A stretch of 64,000 bases of DNA from Phycisphaeraceae bacterium. Lineage in GTDB: Bacteria > Planctomycetota > Phycisphaerae > Phycisphaerales > Phycisphaeraceae. Under the pieces are notes generated by a model. The model worked only from the letters and a program-made list of their open reading frames with translations, had not been told where the DNA came from and ran no database searches. The position numbers were made by a program, and so were the translations under genes. Each line of letters begins with the position of its first letter. Position 1 is the stretch's first letter. Of this stretch, positions 49,613 through 59,054 are shown in pieces. The DNA lies in the NCBI GenBank assembly GCA_963674705.1, contig OY771506.1:3872001-3936000 (forward strand). The letters are read 5' to 3'.

Positions 49613-50158
49613 CTACTCTTTAAAGTGGTCGACGTGGAGCCAGGGGAGTTTGCCGCCGTGATCGCGTTTTTTCTGTTTCATCATTTCGATGACCAGCGGT
49701 GGGAGCATGCGGTGCAGGCGGTCGATGTCGCCACCGGCAGCGATCTGCTTGATCAGCGTGGAGCTGGCGAAGGCGTGTGCGTCGCCTGTCATGGTGAAGA
49801 CGGTTTCGACATCCGCGATCGCACGGTTAGTCAGAGCTAGCTGGAACTCGAAGTTCAGGTCGGTGACGTTACGCAGGCCTCGCAGGACGGCGGTCGCGCC
49901 GATTTCCCGGGCGTAGTCGACGGTCAGACCCTGGTAGCAACTGACGGTGACATGGTCGTCGCACTGCTCACGGAGGAGTGTTTCGATCATTTGTTTTCGC
50001 TCTTCTGTACTGAATAGCTCGACCTTGGCGGGGTTGTGCCCGATGGCGACGATCAACTGGTCAAACAGCTTCTGGCCCCGTCTGATCACGTCCAGATGGC
50101 CGTTGGTGATCGGATCGAAGGTGCCGGGGAAGAGCCCGATTTTCGGCTTATCGTTCAT
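49613..50158 (-). CDS. coaD: Pantetheine-phosphate adenylyltransferase
   Basis: FPGTFDPITNGHLDVI.R, RGLR...D..FE.Q.A..NR, SST.IK. Confidence 0.96.
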   Translation of the reverse strand: MNDKPKIGLFPGTFDPITNGHLDVIRRGQKLFDQLIVAIGHNPAKVELFSTEERKQMIETLLREQCDDHVTVSCYQGLTVDYAREIGATAVLRGLRNVTDLNFEFQLALTNRAIADVETVFTMTGDAHAFASSTLIKQIAAGGDIDRLHRMLPPLVIEMMKQKKRDHGGKLPWLHVDHFKE

Positions 50159-50257
50159 GTAAGGGAGTATATCAGCGTATGCAGGCCGATAGCCAATATG
50201 AGCGGGTTACCCAGCCCTCACAACCGTACCGTATCCGGACAGTGACAGGATATTTCA

Positions 50258-50450
50258 ATCCAATCGGTGGACAGATCTCCGGTTGAATTGGAGACTTCGG
50301 GTGTTGCTGATGCGGGTATGGCTAAACAACGCCAATCCGAGCAACTCGGTCTGAAGTGGCGTGAGTTCGCCGCCACTGCAGACCGGTTAAACCAGATAGC
50401 CCTGGATCGGGTCTCGTACCGGTTTGCCTCCCCGGTCGAGACCTTTTTTT
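50258..50450 (+). ncRNA. Candidate free-standing structured sRNA ending in an intrinsic terminator
   Basis: Multiple stems plus GGTCTCG-ACCGG/CCGGT-CGAGACC-T7 terminator (50410-50450), with no plus-strand gene upstream. Confidence 0.45.
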
Positions 50451-50525
50451 ATGCGCTGCGCGAGGGTCCAGGGGTCTGGGTTCGGGGGTCGAGGGAACGC
50501 AACGGTGTCGGCATCGTTGTTGGTG

Positions 50526-51551
50526 TTACTCGAAGACAGGATCAAGCTCGGGCGCCCCGCCGGGGAATTCGGCGAAGAAGACTTCGCGAAATCCATCGGG
50601 ATTGAACTCCCAGTGCCAGGGCTCGTGCTGGAAGGGGTACCAGCCGAAGGCGTCGCCGCGGAGGTGCAGCCACTTGTGGACCGGGGAGTAGCGCATCGCC
50701 ACGACATAAGACATCGGGCGGGTCGTGATATCGAAGACGCCGTCACCGTCGGGCTTAGGCAGCTCAAAGTCGACGGCCAAACCAAGTGAGTGTGCTGAGA
50801 AACTGGCAACGGCGAAGCTGTTGCCCTGCCTAGAGGCGTTGGCACGGGCCTTCTCAGGATCACGATGGGCGGACTTGATCTTCAGTGTCACACCGTCGGC
50901 CGCGGCGGCTTCGCGCATTTTGACGTAGGCGTCCGCAGCGAATCGGTTGAGCTTCCAATCGGGTTCACCGGGCACCGGTTGCCACTGGGCTAGTATGTAG
51001 GTCCAGACTTCGTCGTTCATGTAGTCCTTGCGGATGACGGCGGTGCGGGATCGGTTGGCACGCCGCTCGGGGCGGACGATATCCAAAGCGTCGACCATGA
51101 TGTCGGCCATGTCTTCGTTCGGGCCCTCGGGGCCGCCGGGGTAGTCGTCGTCTTGCCAGTCGAACTTGCTGAAGTGGACCTTGAGCTCGTAATTGAGCAG
51201 GTCGAGCGAGGAAGTCGACGGATCGTGGATGAAGTCCAGTTCGAGCGCATCAATCAGTGCCTGATGAGCATCTGGGACATCTGCCACAAGCATGCGGTCA
51301 AAGGCGTCCGAGATCGCCTTCGAGTCTTCCCGATGGTGCAGACGTTCGTAGATGTAGTCGGGTGTTAGACGTGTAAGGTGCCGCGAGTTGTACGCGACGT
51401 GCTCGATGAGCCTGTCGGACCGGCTGCCACTGTTAAAGACGGCGGGGACTGGCTCGGTTGCGCATTGCGTCGACGTGCTGGATGCTGTGGAGCAGGCTGA
51501 AGCAAGTAGCGGGAGGATGAGGAGCAACAGGGCGTTGGTGATTCGGATCAT
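50526..51551 (-). CDS. M15 (VanY-like) D,D-carboxypeptidase domain lipoprotein
   Basis: Lipobox ASAC; SAHR, SAHSLGLAVD (SxHxxGxAxD), HEPWHWEF (ExxH). Confidence 0.85.
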   Translation of the reverse strand: MIRITNALLLLILPLLASACSTASSTSTQCATEPVPAVFNSGSRSDRLIEHVAYNSRHLTRLTPDYIYERLHHREDSKAISDAFDRMLVADVPDAHQALIDALELDFIHDPSTSSLDLLNYELKVHFSKFDWQDDDYPGGPEGPNEDMADIMVDALDIVRPERRANRSRTAVIRKDYMNDEVWTYILAQWQPVPGEPDWKLNRFAADAYVKMREAAAADGVTLKIKSAHRDPEKARANASRQGNSFAVASFSAHSLGLAVDFELPKPDGDGVFDITTRPMSYVVAMRYSPVHKWLHLRGDAFGWYPFQHEPWHWEFNPDGFREVFFAEFPGGAPELDPVFE

Positions 51552-51640
51552 GGGTGATTTTCACTAACTAAATAGGGGATTTGAATCTGAGGCGGATCGA
51601 AGAATATATGAGGTATGGCCTTTACTATCCTCACCTCTAT

Positions 51641-52192
51641 TTACCTAGGCTTGCTATCGTGCGTTTTGCTTTTCCCATACATCTTGTAGAAGGAATCCCG
51701 CATACCAACCTGCAATTGATTGCCGTTGGGTCGCCTGTATACGACAATGACTTCTATGGTGCTGCCAACAGGGTACACTTGATCTCCCGGCTTTGTCTCT
51801 ACATCTTCGGGAAGATTTACCACTTCAAGAAATGCCAGCTCTCCCGATGGCATTTTGACCCAATGGTGCATGTAGATGTGGCCCATCACAACGGCATCGG
51901 TCACGTCACCAGGACTGTACCCCTTGCTTTTGCCGAATCTCTTAAAGCAGGAATCCAACATGCTGACTTGTAGTTGTTTGGCGTCTCTGTGCCATCCTAC
52001 AACGATTACTTCGACGCAGTACCCAGGATGATGTGCTTGATTAGTCAGTTGTTGCAATACATCTTCAGGGATAGATCGCACATCAAGCCTGGCTTTGGTA
52101 ACAGTAGACAATGTAACTTCATAGTGGTCTTGATCGCGGCCAGTCACAGATCCATGGACTACATCTCCCGGATTGAATTGTGTCGGTTTCAT
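51641..52192 (-). CDS. Protein with two degenerate S1/OB-fold-like repeats (lower GC)
   Basis: PGDVV.G.V / PGDV.DAVV and (V/I)EVIVV......QLQV.M.DS.....GKSK repeated twice. Confidence 0.6.
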   Translation of the reverse strand: MKPTQFNPGDVVHGSVTGRDQDHYEVTLSTVTKARLDVRSIPEDVLQQLTNQAHHPGYCVEVIVVGWHRDAKQLQVSMLDSCFKRFGKSKGYSPGDVTDAVVMGHIYMHHWVKMPSGELAFLEVVNLPEDVETKPGDQVYPVGSTIEVIVVYRRPNGNQLQVGMRDSFYKMYGKSKTHDSKPR

Positions 52193-52450
52193 ACGATGTA
52201 TTATGACAGTTTAGAAGTCGTTTCGCGTCAAACCCAAAAGCGTCATCGGCTACTCGACTACCGATTCGGTGTTGAGGGCGGTGTGCGGGCGAGGTCCTTT
52301 ACCCGTTACATTCAGGGGCATGGATCCCTGCTTACGCAGGCATGACGTTAGAAGAAACGTCAATTGTTCTGAGCCGTAAGTCACTGTCACGGCAAGCGTT
52401 CTGACGCGGGATGTGCCACTGATACTTATTTGCGGCTGGGGTAGACTCAC

Positions 52451-52479
52451 TTGACATGGCGGCGGTTATCCACTGTAAT
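52451..52479 (+). promoter_or_regulatory. Sigma-70 promoter for rpsD
   Basis: TTGACA-17 nt-TGTAAT. Confidence 0.6.
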
Positions 52480-52590
52480 ACTTGGCTCGAAACAGCAGGA
52501 CCGCAGTGGTTCTGCACTTCCTGGCAGCCGCGGAGCCGTAGTCACGGCCGAGTACCAAGAGGCGTCCCGGTAACTCGGGATGGAATTACG

Positions 52591-53190
52591 ATGGCCAACT
52601 ATACAGGCCCGAAGGTCAAATTGTCTCGTCGCGTCGGCGTCCCCATCGCTGACATCCCCAAGCACACCGCCAAGCGTCAGCTCAATCCCCCCGGCATGCA
52701 TGGGTTCCGCGGCCGTCGTCTGCGTGACTTCGGTATCCGCCTCAATGAAAAGCAGAAGCTGCGTTACCACTACAACGTGCTCGAAAAGCAGTTCCGTGGC
52801 TACATGGCCAAAGCCTCGACCATGAAGGGTAACACCGGTGAGGTGATGCTGAAGCTGCTGGAAACACGTCTGGACAACGTGATCCGCCGCATGGGCTGGG
52901 GCCGAACGATCTGGGCCTCGCGTCAACTGGTCGGCCACGGCCACGTGCTGGTCAACGGCCGCAAGACGGATATCGCCAGCTACCGCGTGAAGGTCGGCGA
53001 TGAGATCACCCTCAAGCCGAAGATCCAGAAGGTCGTCCGCGAGAACATGGAAACCATGCCCGGCCACAACGTCCCCGGCTGGCTGATGTTCGACCCCTCG
53101 ACGCTGACCGCCAAGGTCACCGCCGAACCGACCATCGAAGAAATCCCCTTCGACGTCAACATGAACCTGATCGTCGAATTCTATCGCTGA
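52591..53190 (+). CDS. rpsD: 30S ribosomal protein S4
   Basis: MANYTGPK.KLSRR.G, PPG.HG, L.EKQKLR..Y...EKQF, LE.RLDN, RQLV.HGH..VNG, IVEFY. Confidence 0.97.
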   Translation: MANYTGPKVKLSRRVGVPIADIPKHTAKRQLNPPGMHGFRGRRLRDFGIRLNEKQKLRYHYNVLEKQFRGYMAKASTMKGNTGEVMLKLLETRLDNVIRRMGWGRTIWASRQLVGHGHVLVNGRKTDIASYRVKVGDEITLKPKIQKVVRENMETMPGHNVPGWLMFDPSTLTAKVTAEPTIEEIPFDVNMNLIVEFYR

Positions 53191-53217
53191 TTCAGCGCGA
53201 TTTATCGAGATGCCCCG

Positions 53218-53249
53218 AAGCCCATGGATTGCCATCCATGGGCTTTTTT
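53218..53249 (+). terminator. Intrinsic terminator after rpsD
   Basis: AAGCCCATGGAT/ATCCATGGGCTT followed by TTTT. Confidence 0.85.
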
Positions 53250-53305
53250 AATGCTCATCCGAACCTATGGTAAAATCTACATTTCAAACTTACGGGGATT
53301 TAATT

Positions 53306-55009
53306 ATGAATCGCATTTACTTCGTCTTCGCATTTGTCTCACTGGCACTCTCGTCAGCCACGGTATCAGCCAGGAATTGGGAGGATCAAACGCGCCAACT
53401 GATGGGGCATGTAATAGTGTCAGATTATGACAGTGCGTTGGGGGCCGCCCACCTAGCTTTGGAAGCCGCTAAGCAGGAATTGGGACCCGAACATCCCAAC
53501 ACGGCAAGGGCGATGAATAATCTGGGCTGGGTCTATCTACAACTTGATCGGTTAGAGGACGCTCGGATGGTATTGGACCAAGCGATTCAAATTTGGGACG
53601 CCTCGCCGGATTTCGAACATGCCGATCTTGCCATTGCTCTTGACAATCTCGCCAGATGCCACAAACGGCTGGGCAATGACTTATGGATGATACATTTGAA
53701 TAGGCGGACGTTGGAAGAACGGTCTCTCTCAGACAGTGAGTCTTACGATAATCTTGAGCGTGTTCCTGAGATATCACTGGGTACCCAAATATTGGGTGAA
53801 GTGGAAGCTGAGCCGTTTACTGTGGCGGTTCGAAAGGCAATCCTGAAGGAGGATGACAAGCAATACGAGGTGGGCATTCAGTTGTGTGACTTGGCTTATT
53901 CATACATGAAACACCACCAATACGAGTATGCCGAGCAGTTACTGAACAAATCCGAAGAGGTTTTAGAGCAGACCTTAGGCCCCAACGACAGTCGAAATGT
54001 CCGTACTATCCTTGGTCTAGCCGGAATACGTGGGAAGTCGGGTGACCTTGCAGCGGTAGAACAATTGTATGTCAAGGCCTTGAATATACTCGAACAATCA
54101 CCGAGTAAGGATATCGATCAAGTGGTACAAATTCATTGGGGATTGCGCGGTCTGTACAAGCGCACGAACCAGTCGGAGTTGACTGACTATATCAGCGACA
54201 GGGTCCAGCTAGTGGCCGATATTGAAGCGGGACGAAAACCCAAAACCACACCTCTCGATCAAGTTGAGATCAAGATGATACGAGCGGATGGTACTTCCCG
54301 CTTCGATGAGCCAGAGATTCAGATGTTGGTGGCCGACGAGTATTTGAGGCAAGCGGTGTCCGCAGATCTTCTCCGTGATTACGTACTGGCTGAATCCCGC
54401 TACCGGGTTGTTTTGGACCTTCGTACTAAGGCTCTTGGGCCGAAGCACCCGCAGGTTGCTGAAACACACAGGCGGATCGCAGATCTCTACATGGCCGTAG
54501 GTCTCTATGGGTTAGCTGAAGTTCACTACGAACGCGCGCTTGCGATCCGTGAGACCGTGATGGAGCCGAATAACCCGAATCTTGGTCTTATCAAGAGTAG
54601 CTTGGCCGAGCTGCATATGGTACGCAGTCAAGTCGAGCGCGTACCAAGCGAAGAACAGCAACACATAGAATTGGAGGCCAAAGAACACGCGCCTAAGACA
54701 GACATGAACACCACGGTGAAACCAACTCGTAGACTATCTGGTTGGGACTCGGAAACTGAGGCCGAATGGCACCGTCTGAATGCCGAGTTTGATAAGTCAT
54801 TCATGGCTCAGGATTATATTTCTGCAGGCGTCATTGCTGGCAGAGCCCTTTGGTGGGCCAAACACCACGTCGGCCCCCGCCATCTTGATACCGCCTTGTC
54901 TTACGAACGTATTGAGCAAATTTTAAGGGCCATGGGTAGGGATAAAGAGGCGGAAATTTACGCTAAGTCCGCTGAGAAGGTACGAGAACGGGTCCGTGAT
55001 ACTAACTGA
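53306..55009 (+). CDS. Secreted TPR protein (kinesin-light-chain-type repeats), lower GC
   Basis: Signal peptide; repeats LGPEHPNTA..MNNLG, LGPKHPQVA, GPRHLDTA. Confidence 0.8.
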   Translation: MNRIYFVFAFVSLALSSATVSARNWEDQTRQLMGHVIVSDYDSALGAAHLALEAAKQELGPEHPNTARAMNNLGWVYLQLDRLEDARMVLDQAIQIWDASPDFEHADLAIALDNLARCHKRLGNDLWMIHLNRRTLEERSLSDSESYDNLERVPEISLGTQILGEVEAEPFTVAVRKAILKEDDKQYEVGIQLCDLAYSYMKHHQYEYAEQLLNKSEEVLEQTLGPNDSRNVRTILGLAGIRGKSGDLAAVEQLYVKALNILEQSPSKDIDQVVQIHWGLRGLYKRTNQSELTDYISDRVQLVADIEAGRKPKTTPLDQVEIKMIRADGTSRFDEPEIQMLVADEYLRQAVSADLLRDYVLAESRYRVVLDLRTKALGPKHPQVAETHRRIADLYMAVGLYGLAEVHYERALAIRETVMEPNNPNLGLIKSSLAELHMVRSQVERVPSEEQQHIELEAKEHAPKTDMNTTVKPTRRLSGWDSETEAEWHRLNAEFDKSFMAQDYISAGVIAGRALWWAKHHVGPRHLDTALSYERIEQILRAMGRDKEAEIYAKSAEKVRERVRDTN

Positions 55010-55125
55010 CCTTGCTCATTTGCCACAAACCCCATGATCGGCCATGATGCTTGTATGCATCCATAACCCACTCTTGGGATGTGAGATGCAACAGGTACCT
55101 CATAACGACTAACGGAGCACCCCAC

Positions 55126-55911
55126 ATGGGTCTGATGGACGGCAAGAAGGGCATCGTTTTCGGGATCGCGAACGACCGCAGTTATGCGACCTATATCACC
55201 AAGAGCCTTTTGGAGCACGGTGCGACGTGCGGGTTTACGCATCTGCCGGACGCCAAGGGCAAGATGGAGCGGCGGTGCCGGATGGCGGTCGAGGAACTGG
55301 GCGTGACAGACCCGTGGCTGGCACCGTGCGATGCATCCAAGGATGAGGACCTGGACGCGGTATTCGAGAAAATCGAAAAGGACTTCGGGACGATCGACTT
55401 TATCGTGCATTCGATCGCCTTTGCCGACCGGGATTTCTTGAAGATCGGCAACTTCTATAAAACGACCCGCGAGGCTTATCTGCAGGCGGTGGATATCAGT
55501 GCGTACACGCTGCTGGCGATGGGCCAGCGAGCGGTCAAGGTCATGCCCAACGGTGGCTCGATGCTGGCGATGAGCTACTACGGCGGCGAGAAGGTTGTGC
55601 CGGGCTACAACGTCATGGGTGTGGCGAAGGCTGCCTTGGAGCATACCGCCAAGTACCTGGCCTACGATCTGGGCGAGAAGAACATCCGTGTGAACACCAT
55701 CAGCGGCGGGCCGCTGAAGACGCTTGCGGCCTCCGCGGTGGGCGGGATCAGCGAGATGTTCGACCATCAGGAACGTAAAGCCGCTTTAAAGCGGAACATA
55801 ACGGGCGAAGAGGTCGGCAACACGGCAGTCTATCTGCTCAGCGAGATGTCCAGCGGGGTAACCGGTGAGAACATCCACGTGGACGCAGGTTTTAGTATCG
55901 TCGGGCTCTAA
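55126..55911 (+). CDS. fabI: Enoyl-ACP reductase
   Basis: GIANDRS.A, VHSIAFA, DISAY, YNVMGVAKAALE, RVNTIS.GP.KTLAA, TGE.IHVD.G. Confidence 0.96.
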   Translation: MGLMDGKKGIVFGIANDRSYATYITKSLLEHGATCGFTHLPDAKGKMERRCRMAVEELGVTDPWLAPCDASKDEDLDAVFEKIEKDFGTIDFIVHSIAFADRDFLKIGNFYKTTREAYLQAVDISAYTLLAMGQRAVKVMPNGGSMLAMSYYGGEKVVPGYNVMGVAKAALEHTAKYLAYDLGEKNIRVNTISGGPLKTLAASAVGGISEMFDHQERKAALKRNITGEEVGNTAVYLLSEMSSGVTGENIHVDAGFSIVGL

Positions 55912-56044
55912 ACCGATACCAATAAACAGGTCAACCGCATCGCACGGGTTTAGCCAAGTACGGCCCGGCGCGTGGTGGCTCGCATGTCGACAAGGCGTCG
56001 ACTTGCCCGTGAAACCATGCTCCTTAAGGCACGGAGGCTTAGCC

Positions 56045-57013
56045 ATGCCCATCCGATTTCGTTGTCAGGACTGTCGCTCCCGCGTGAAGGTTCCCGAGGG
56101 GACCCAGGGCAAACAGGTGAAGTGCCCGCGCTGCGGCAGGATTCAGTCCGTCCCCCGTCATGAGAGCCATCAGAATGCTGTGAGCCAGACAAACAGTCTG
56201 GAGGTGCATACCTGCGTCGGCTCGATCCACCGGGCGCCCAAGCGCAAGGAAACGCTGGTCGGTGCGGGTGTGAGTGATGACCGCCATGCGTTCTCAGGCG
56301 GCGGGGCTCCGGGCGGTAGTGGCTTGGATATCCCGACGCACGATGTTCTGGAAACCGAGCATGGCAAGGCCAACGGCAAGCAGATGTCCCGCAAGGAGCG
56401 TCGGCGTCGGGCGGCGTTAGCGCGTCAAGCCCAGCGTGAACGTGAAGAGATGGCTGCTCGTGAAGAGGCTGCCAAGGAAGACCAAGCCATCGCTGAATGT
56501 AGAAAGCAGGTCGAGGACATTTTTGCCTCGGCTCGGAATAAGGACTTTACCCGCGAGGATGTCGAGTCGGAGGTTGAGCAGACTGTCGTAAAGACCACCG
56601 CTGCAGCTCCGGTAGAGGCGCCGAAGCCTATCACGTTATGCGGCTCCAAGCGTATTGCCAAGACTGCCGAAGCAGTCGAACCCGTTGAAAAGACCGTCGA
56701 GAAAGTCGAGAAGCCCGAGCCTGTGCGTACGGCCAAGATGCAAGCCCCAGCCAAGCAAGAGGGCTGGACTATCGACTTCACGAATGAGGCTTATCCGTTC
56801 CTGCGGATCATCCCGTGGGTGTTGCGTATCACCGCGCTGATGCTGATCGGTCCGGCGTTCAAGATCATGCTCGTTGCCGATGCCAGCGGATTCAGCGGCG
56901 TGGTCTGCATGCTGATCCTCTTTGCCGGCTTGTCGATGGTCGTTGTGACCTGGACGGTAGGCGAGATCGCCAACGCGGTCAGGGATATCGCTCTGAAGAA
57001 AGCTGCAGGATAG
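56045..57013 (+). CDS. N-terminal zinc-ribbon protein with disordered linker and two C-terminal TM helices
   Basis: MPIRFRCQDC...VKCPRCG; GGAGG RBS; hydrophobic C-terminus. Confidence 0.8.
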   Translation: MPIRFRCQDCRSRVKVPEGTQGKQVKCPRCGRIQSVPRHESHQNAVSQTNSLEVHTCVGSIHRAPKRKETLVGAGVSDDRHAFSGGGAPGGSGLDIPTHDVLETEHGKANGKQMSRKERRRRAALARQAQREREEMAAREEAAKEDQAIAECRKQVEDIFASARNKDFTREDVESEVEQTVVKTTAAAPVEAPKPITLCGSKRIAKTAEAVEPVEKTVEKVEKPEPVRTAKMQAPAKQEGWTIDFTNEAYPFLRIIPWVLRITALMLIGPAFKIMLVADASGFSGVVCMLILFAGLSMVVVTWTVGEIANAVRDIALKKAAG

Positions 57014-57029
57014 CGGGGGGTAATCTTAA

Positions 57030-57103
57030 TTAGCCACGAAAAGGCGCAGAAGACACAGAAGGGCCTCGCCAATGAGCACCTTTTGTGTCTTCTGTGCTTT
57101 TGG
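57030..57103. repeat. TTAGCCAC-type 9-mer inverted repeat
   Basis: AAAAGGCGCAGAAGACACAGAAGG / CCTTTTGTGTCTTCTGTGCTTTT; begins TTAGCCAC like 41694. Confidence 0.65.
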
Positions 57104-57137
57104 GATTGATGTATTGATTCAACTATGATGGGGTTGA

Positions 57138-59054
57138 ATGAGTAAAGCTAACGAACAACCAAAGGCAGATGTTGTTGCAACCCGAGGGGTGTGGTGGGTG
57201 CCTGTCTGCCTGGTCATTGCTGGCACGCTTGTTTATCTCAATACGCTGGGCAATCCGTTTGTCTTTGACTCCGTCGCGTGGATCGTCGGCAAGGATCGTG
57301 TGCATAGTCTGTCGAACATCGGCGGGATGCTGAGCCAGAGCAATCGGCCGGTGCTGGAGATTACGCTGGCGATCAACTACACGCTGGGTGGAGAGAATCC
57401 TGCCGGGTATCACTTGTTCAACCTGGCTGTGCACGTGCTGGCGGGACTCGTGCTTTACGGGCTGGTTCGTCGGACGATCCACTTACCGTACTTCAGCGAG
57501 GCTCTCAGAGCGAGAGCAAACTGGCTGGCGGGAGCGGTGGCGCTGATCTGGCTGGTGCATCCGCTGAACACGCAGAGTGTGACGTACGTGATCCAGCGAG
57601 GCGAATCTCTGATGGGATTGTGTTACCTTCTGACGCTGTACTGCTTCGTACGATACGCGACCGGCGGTGGGAAGCTTTACGCGGTATTTGCTGTACTCGC
57701 CTGCTGGATCGGCGTGGGGTGTAAGGAAGTGATCGCTACGGCTCCGCTTGTCGTGCTGATATATGACTTCACGTTCATCCGAGATTCTATCCAGCAAACG
57801 TTGCGCAAGCGTTGGGCGATCTATCTCGGCCTGTTCGCCATGTGGTTGCCGCTCGCGGTGATCCTTGTGCGCGGATTGGGTGGAGACGATGCATCTGCGG
57901 GGCTGGCGTTGGAAGGCAAGTTGCTTTCTCGCTGGACCTATCTATTAACGCAGCCGGGCGTGATCCTGGAGGTGTACCTGCGAAAAGCGTTCTGGCCTTC
58001 TCCGCTGGTATTAGATTACATGTGGCCACCTGCTATCCCGCAAGACACGCCCAGCGATCAGGTGATGCATCTGTTTATCAGCCGCGTCCTGTTTCAGGGG
58101 TTGATCGTGACGGGATTGTTCTTCACCGCTGTCATAGGTGTCATCCGCAAGACGTGGTGGGGATTTGTCCTGGCCTGCTTCTTCCTGATCCTCGCGCCGA
58201 CCTCCAGCATCATGCCGATCGCCGACCTTGCGGTTGAGCACAGGATGTATCTGCCGTTGATCTGTGTGGTGCTCATTGTTGTCGTTATGGTAGATCAGTT
58301 AATCCGCCGTGCATCGCCGCAGATGGCGTGGAAGCTGGAAGCGCTCTTGGTTAGTGTGGTTGTAATCGTGCTGGGGCTGCAGACTTTTGTTCGCAACGTG
58401 GATTATCGCAGCAATGTCGCTGTATGGGACGCGACCGTTATCGCCCGGCCAAATAATCCACGTGCCTGGCACAACCTCGGTTCAGCACTGAATGACAGCG
58501 GTGAACCTGACCAGGCGATGTTCTGTTATGAAAAGGTGCTTGAGCTTGTTCCCCAATACCATGAGGCACAGTTCGGCATCGGCGGGATATGGCTGGACCG
58601 AGGCAACATGGATAAAGCTATCGAGCGATTTTCTGCCGCGGTCGAACTCAAGCCGGACGACGCTTCGTACCAGGCGCACCTTGGTCAGGCGTACATGTTG
58701 AATCAGCAATTCGACAAAGCGGAACAGTGCCTTGAAAAAGCCATCGAACTGGACCCACAGTATGCCAGGGCATATGAAAGCATGGGGCTACTGAGTCTTG
58801 CGCGTCAGGATATTGATGGGGCGATCGATGCCTTCCGCAAGGCTGTAGAAGTTGATCCTGAACAGATGGCCTCGCGTCGGAATCTTGCAGCAGCCTTGAA
58901 TGACGCGGGGCAGACCGCAGAGGCAATCCAGGTGCTTAATGAGGCGATCGACTATGCCCAAAGCACACATAAACCGGAAGCTCTCATTGCCGACCTCATG
59001 AATCGCCGCAGTCGTTATCAAGGTTTAACCTCGCCAGCACCTGTTGGGCCGTGA
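57138..59054 (+). CDS. TMTC-like membrane glycosyltransferase (GT-C) with C-terminal TPRs
   Basis: F.FD, RP, YH..N...H, VHPL.T.SV.Y..QR.E, KE, P..L..DY, EHRMYLP, RN.DY, TPRs. Confidence 0.8.
   Translation: MSKANEQPKADVVATRGVWWVPVCLVIAGTLVYLNTLGNPFVFDSVAWIVGKDRVHSLSNIGGMLSQSNRPVLEITLAINYTLGGENPAGYHLFNLAVHVLAGLVLYGLVRRTIHLPYFSEALRARANWLAGAVALIWLVHPLNTQSVTYVIQRGESLMGLCYLLTLYCFVRYATGGGKLYAVFAVLACWIGVGCKEVIATAPLVVLIYDFTFIRDSIQQTLRKRWAIYLGLFAMWLPLAVILVRGLGGDDASAGLALEGKLLSRWTYLLTQPGVILEVYLRKAFWPSPLVLDYMWPPAIPQDTPSDQVMHLFISRVLFQGLIVTGLFFTAVIGVIRKTWWGFVLACFFLILAPTSSIMPIADLAVEHRMYLPLICVVLIVVVMVDQLIRRASPQMAWKLEALLVSVVVIVLGLQTFVRNVDYRSNVAVWDATVIARPNNPRAWHNLGSALNDSGEPDQAMFCYEKVLELVPQYHEAQFGIGGIWLDRGNMDKAIERFSAAVELKPDDASYQAHLGQAYMLNQQFDKAEQCLEKAIELDPQYARAYESMGLLSLARQDIDGAIDAFRKAVEVDPEQMASRRNLAAALNDAGQTAEAIQVLNEAIDYAQSTHKPEALIADLMNRRSRYQGLTSPAPVGP

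Noticed and set aside
50267..50605. 112-aa plus-strand ORF
   Set aside because: It runs through a strong terminator and overlaps the M15 gene end; no motif.
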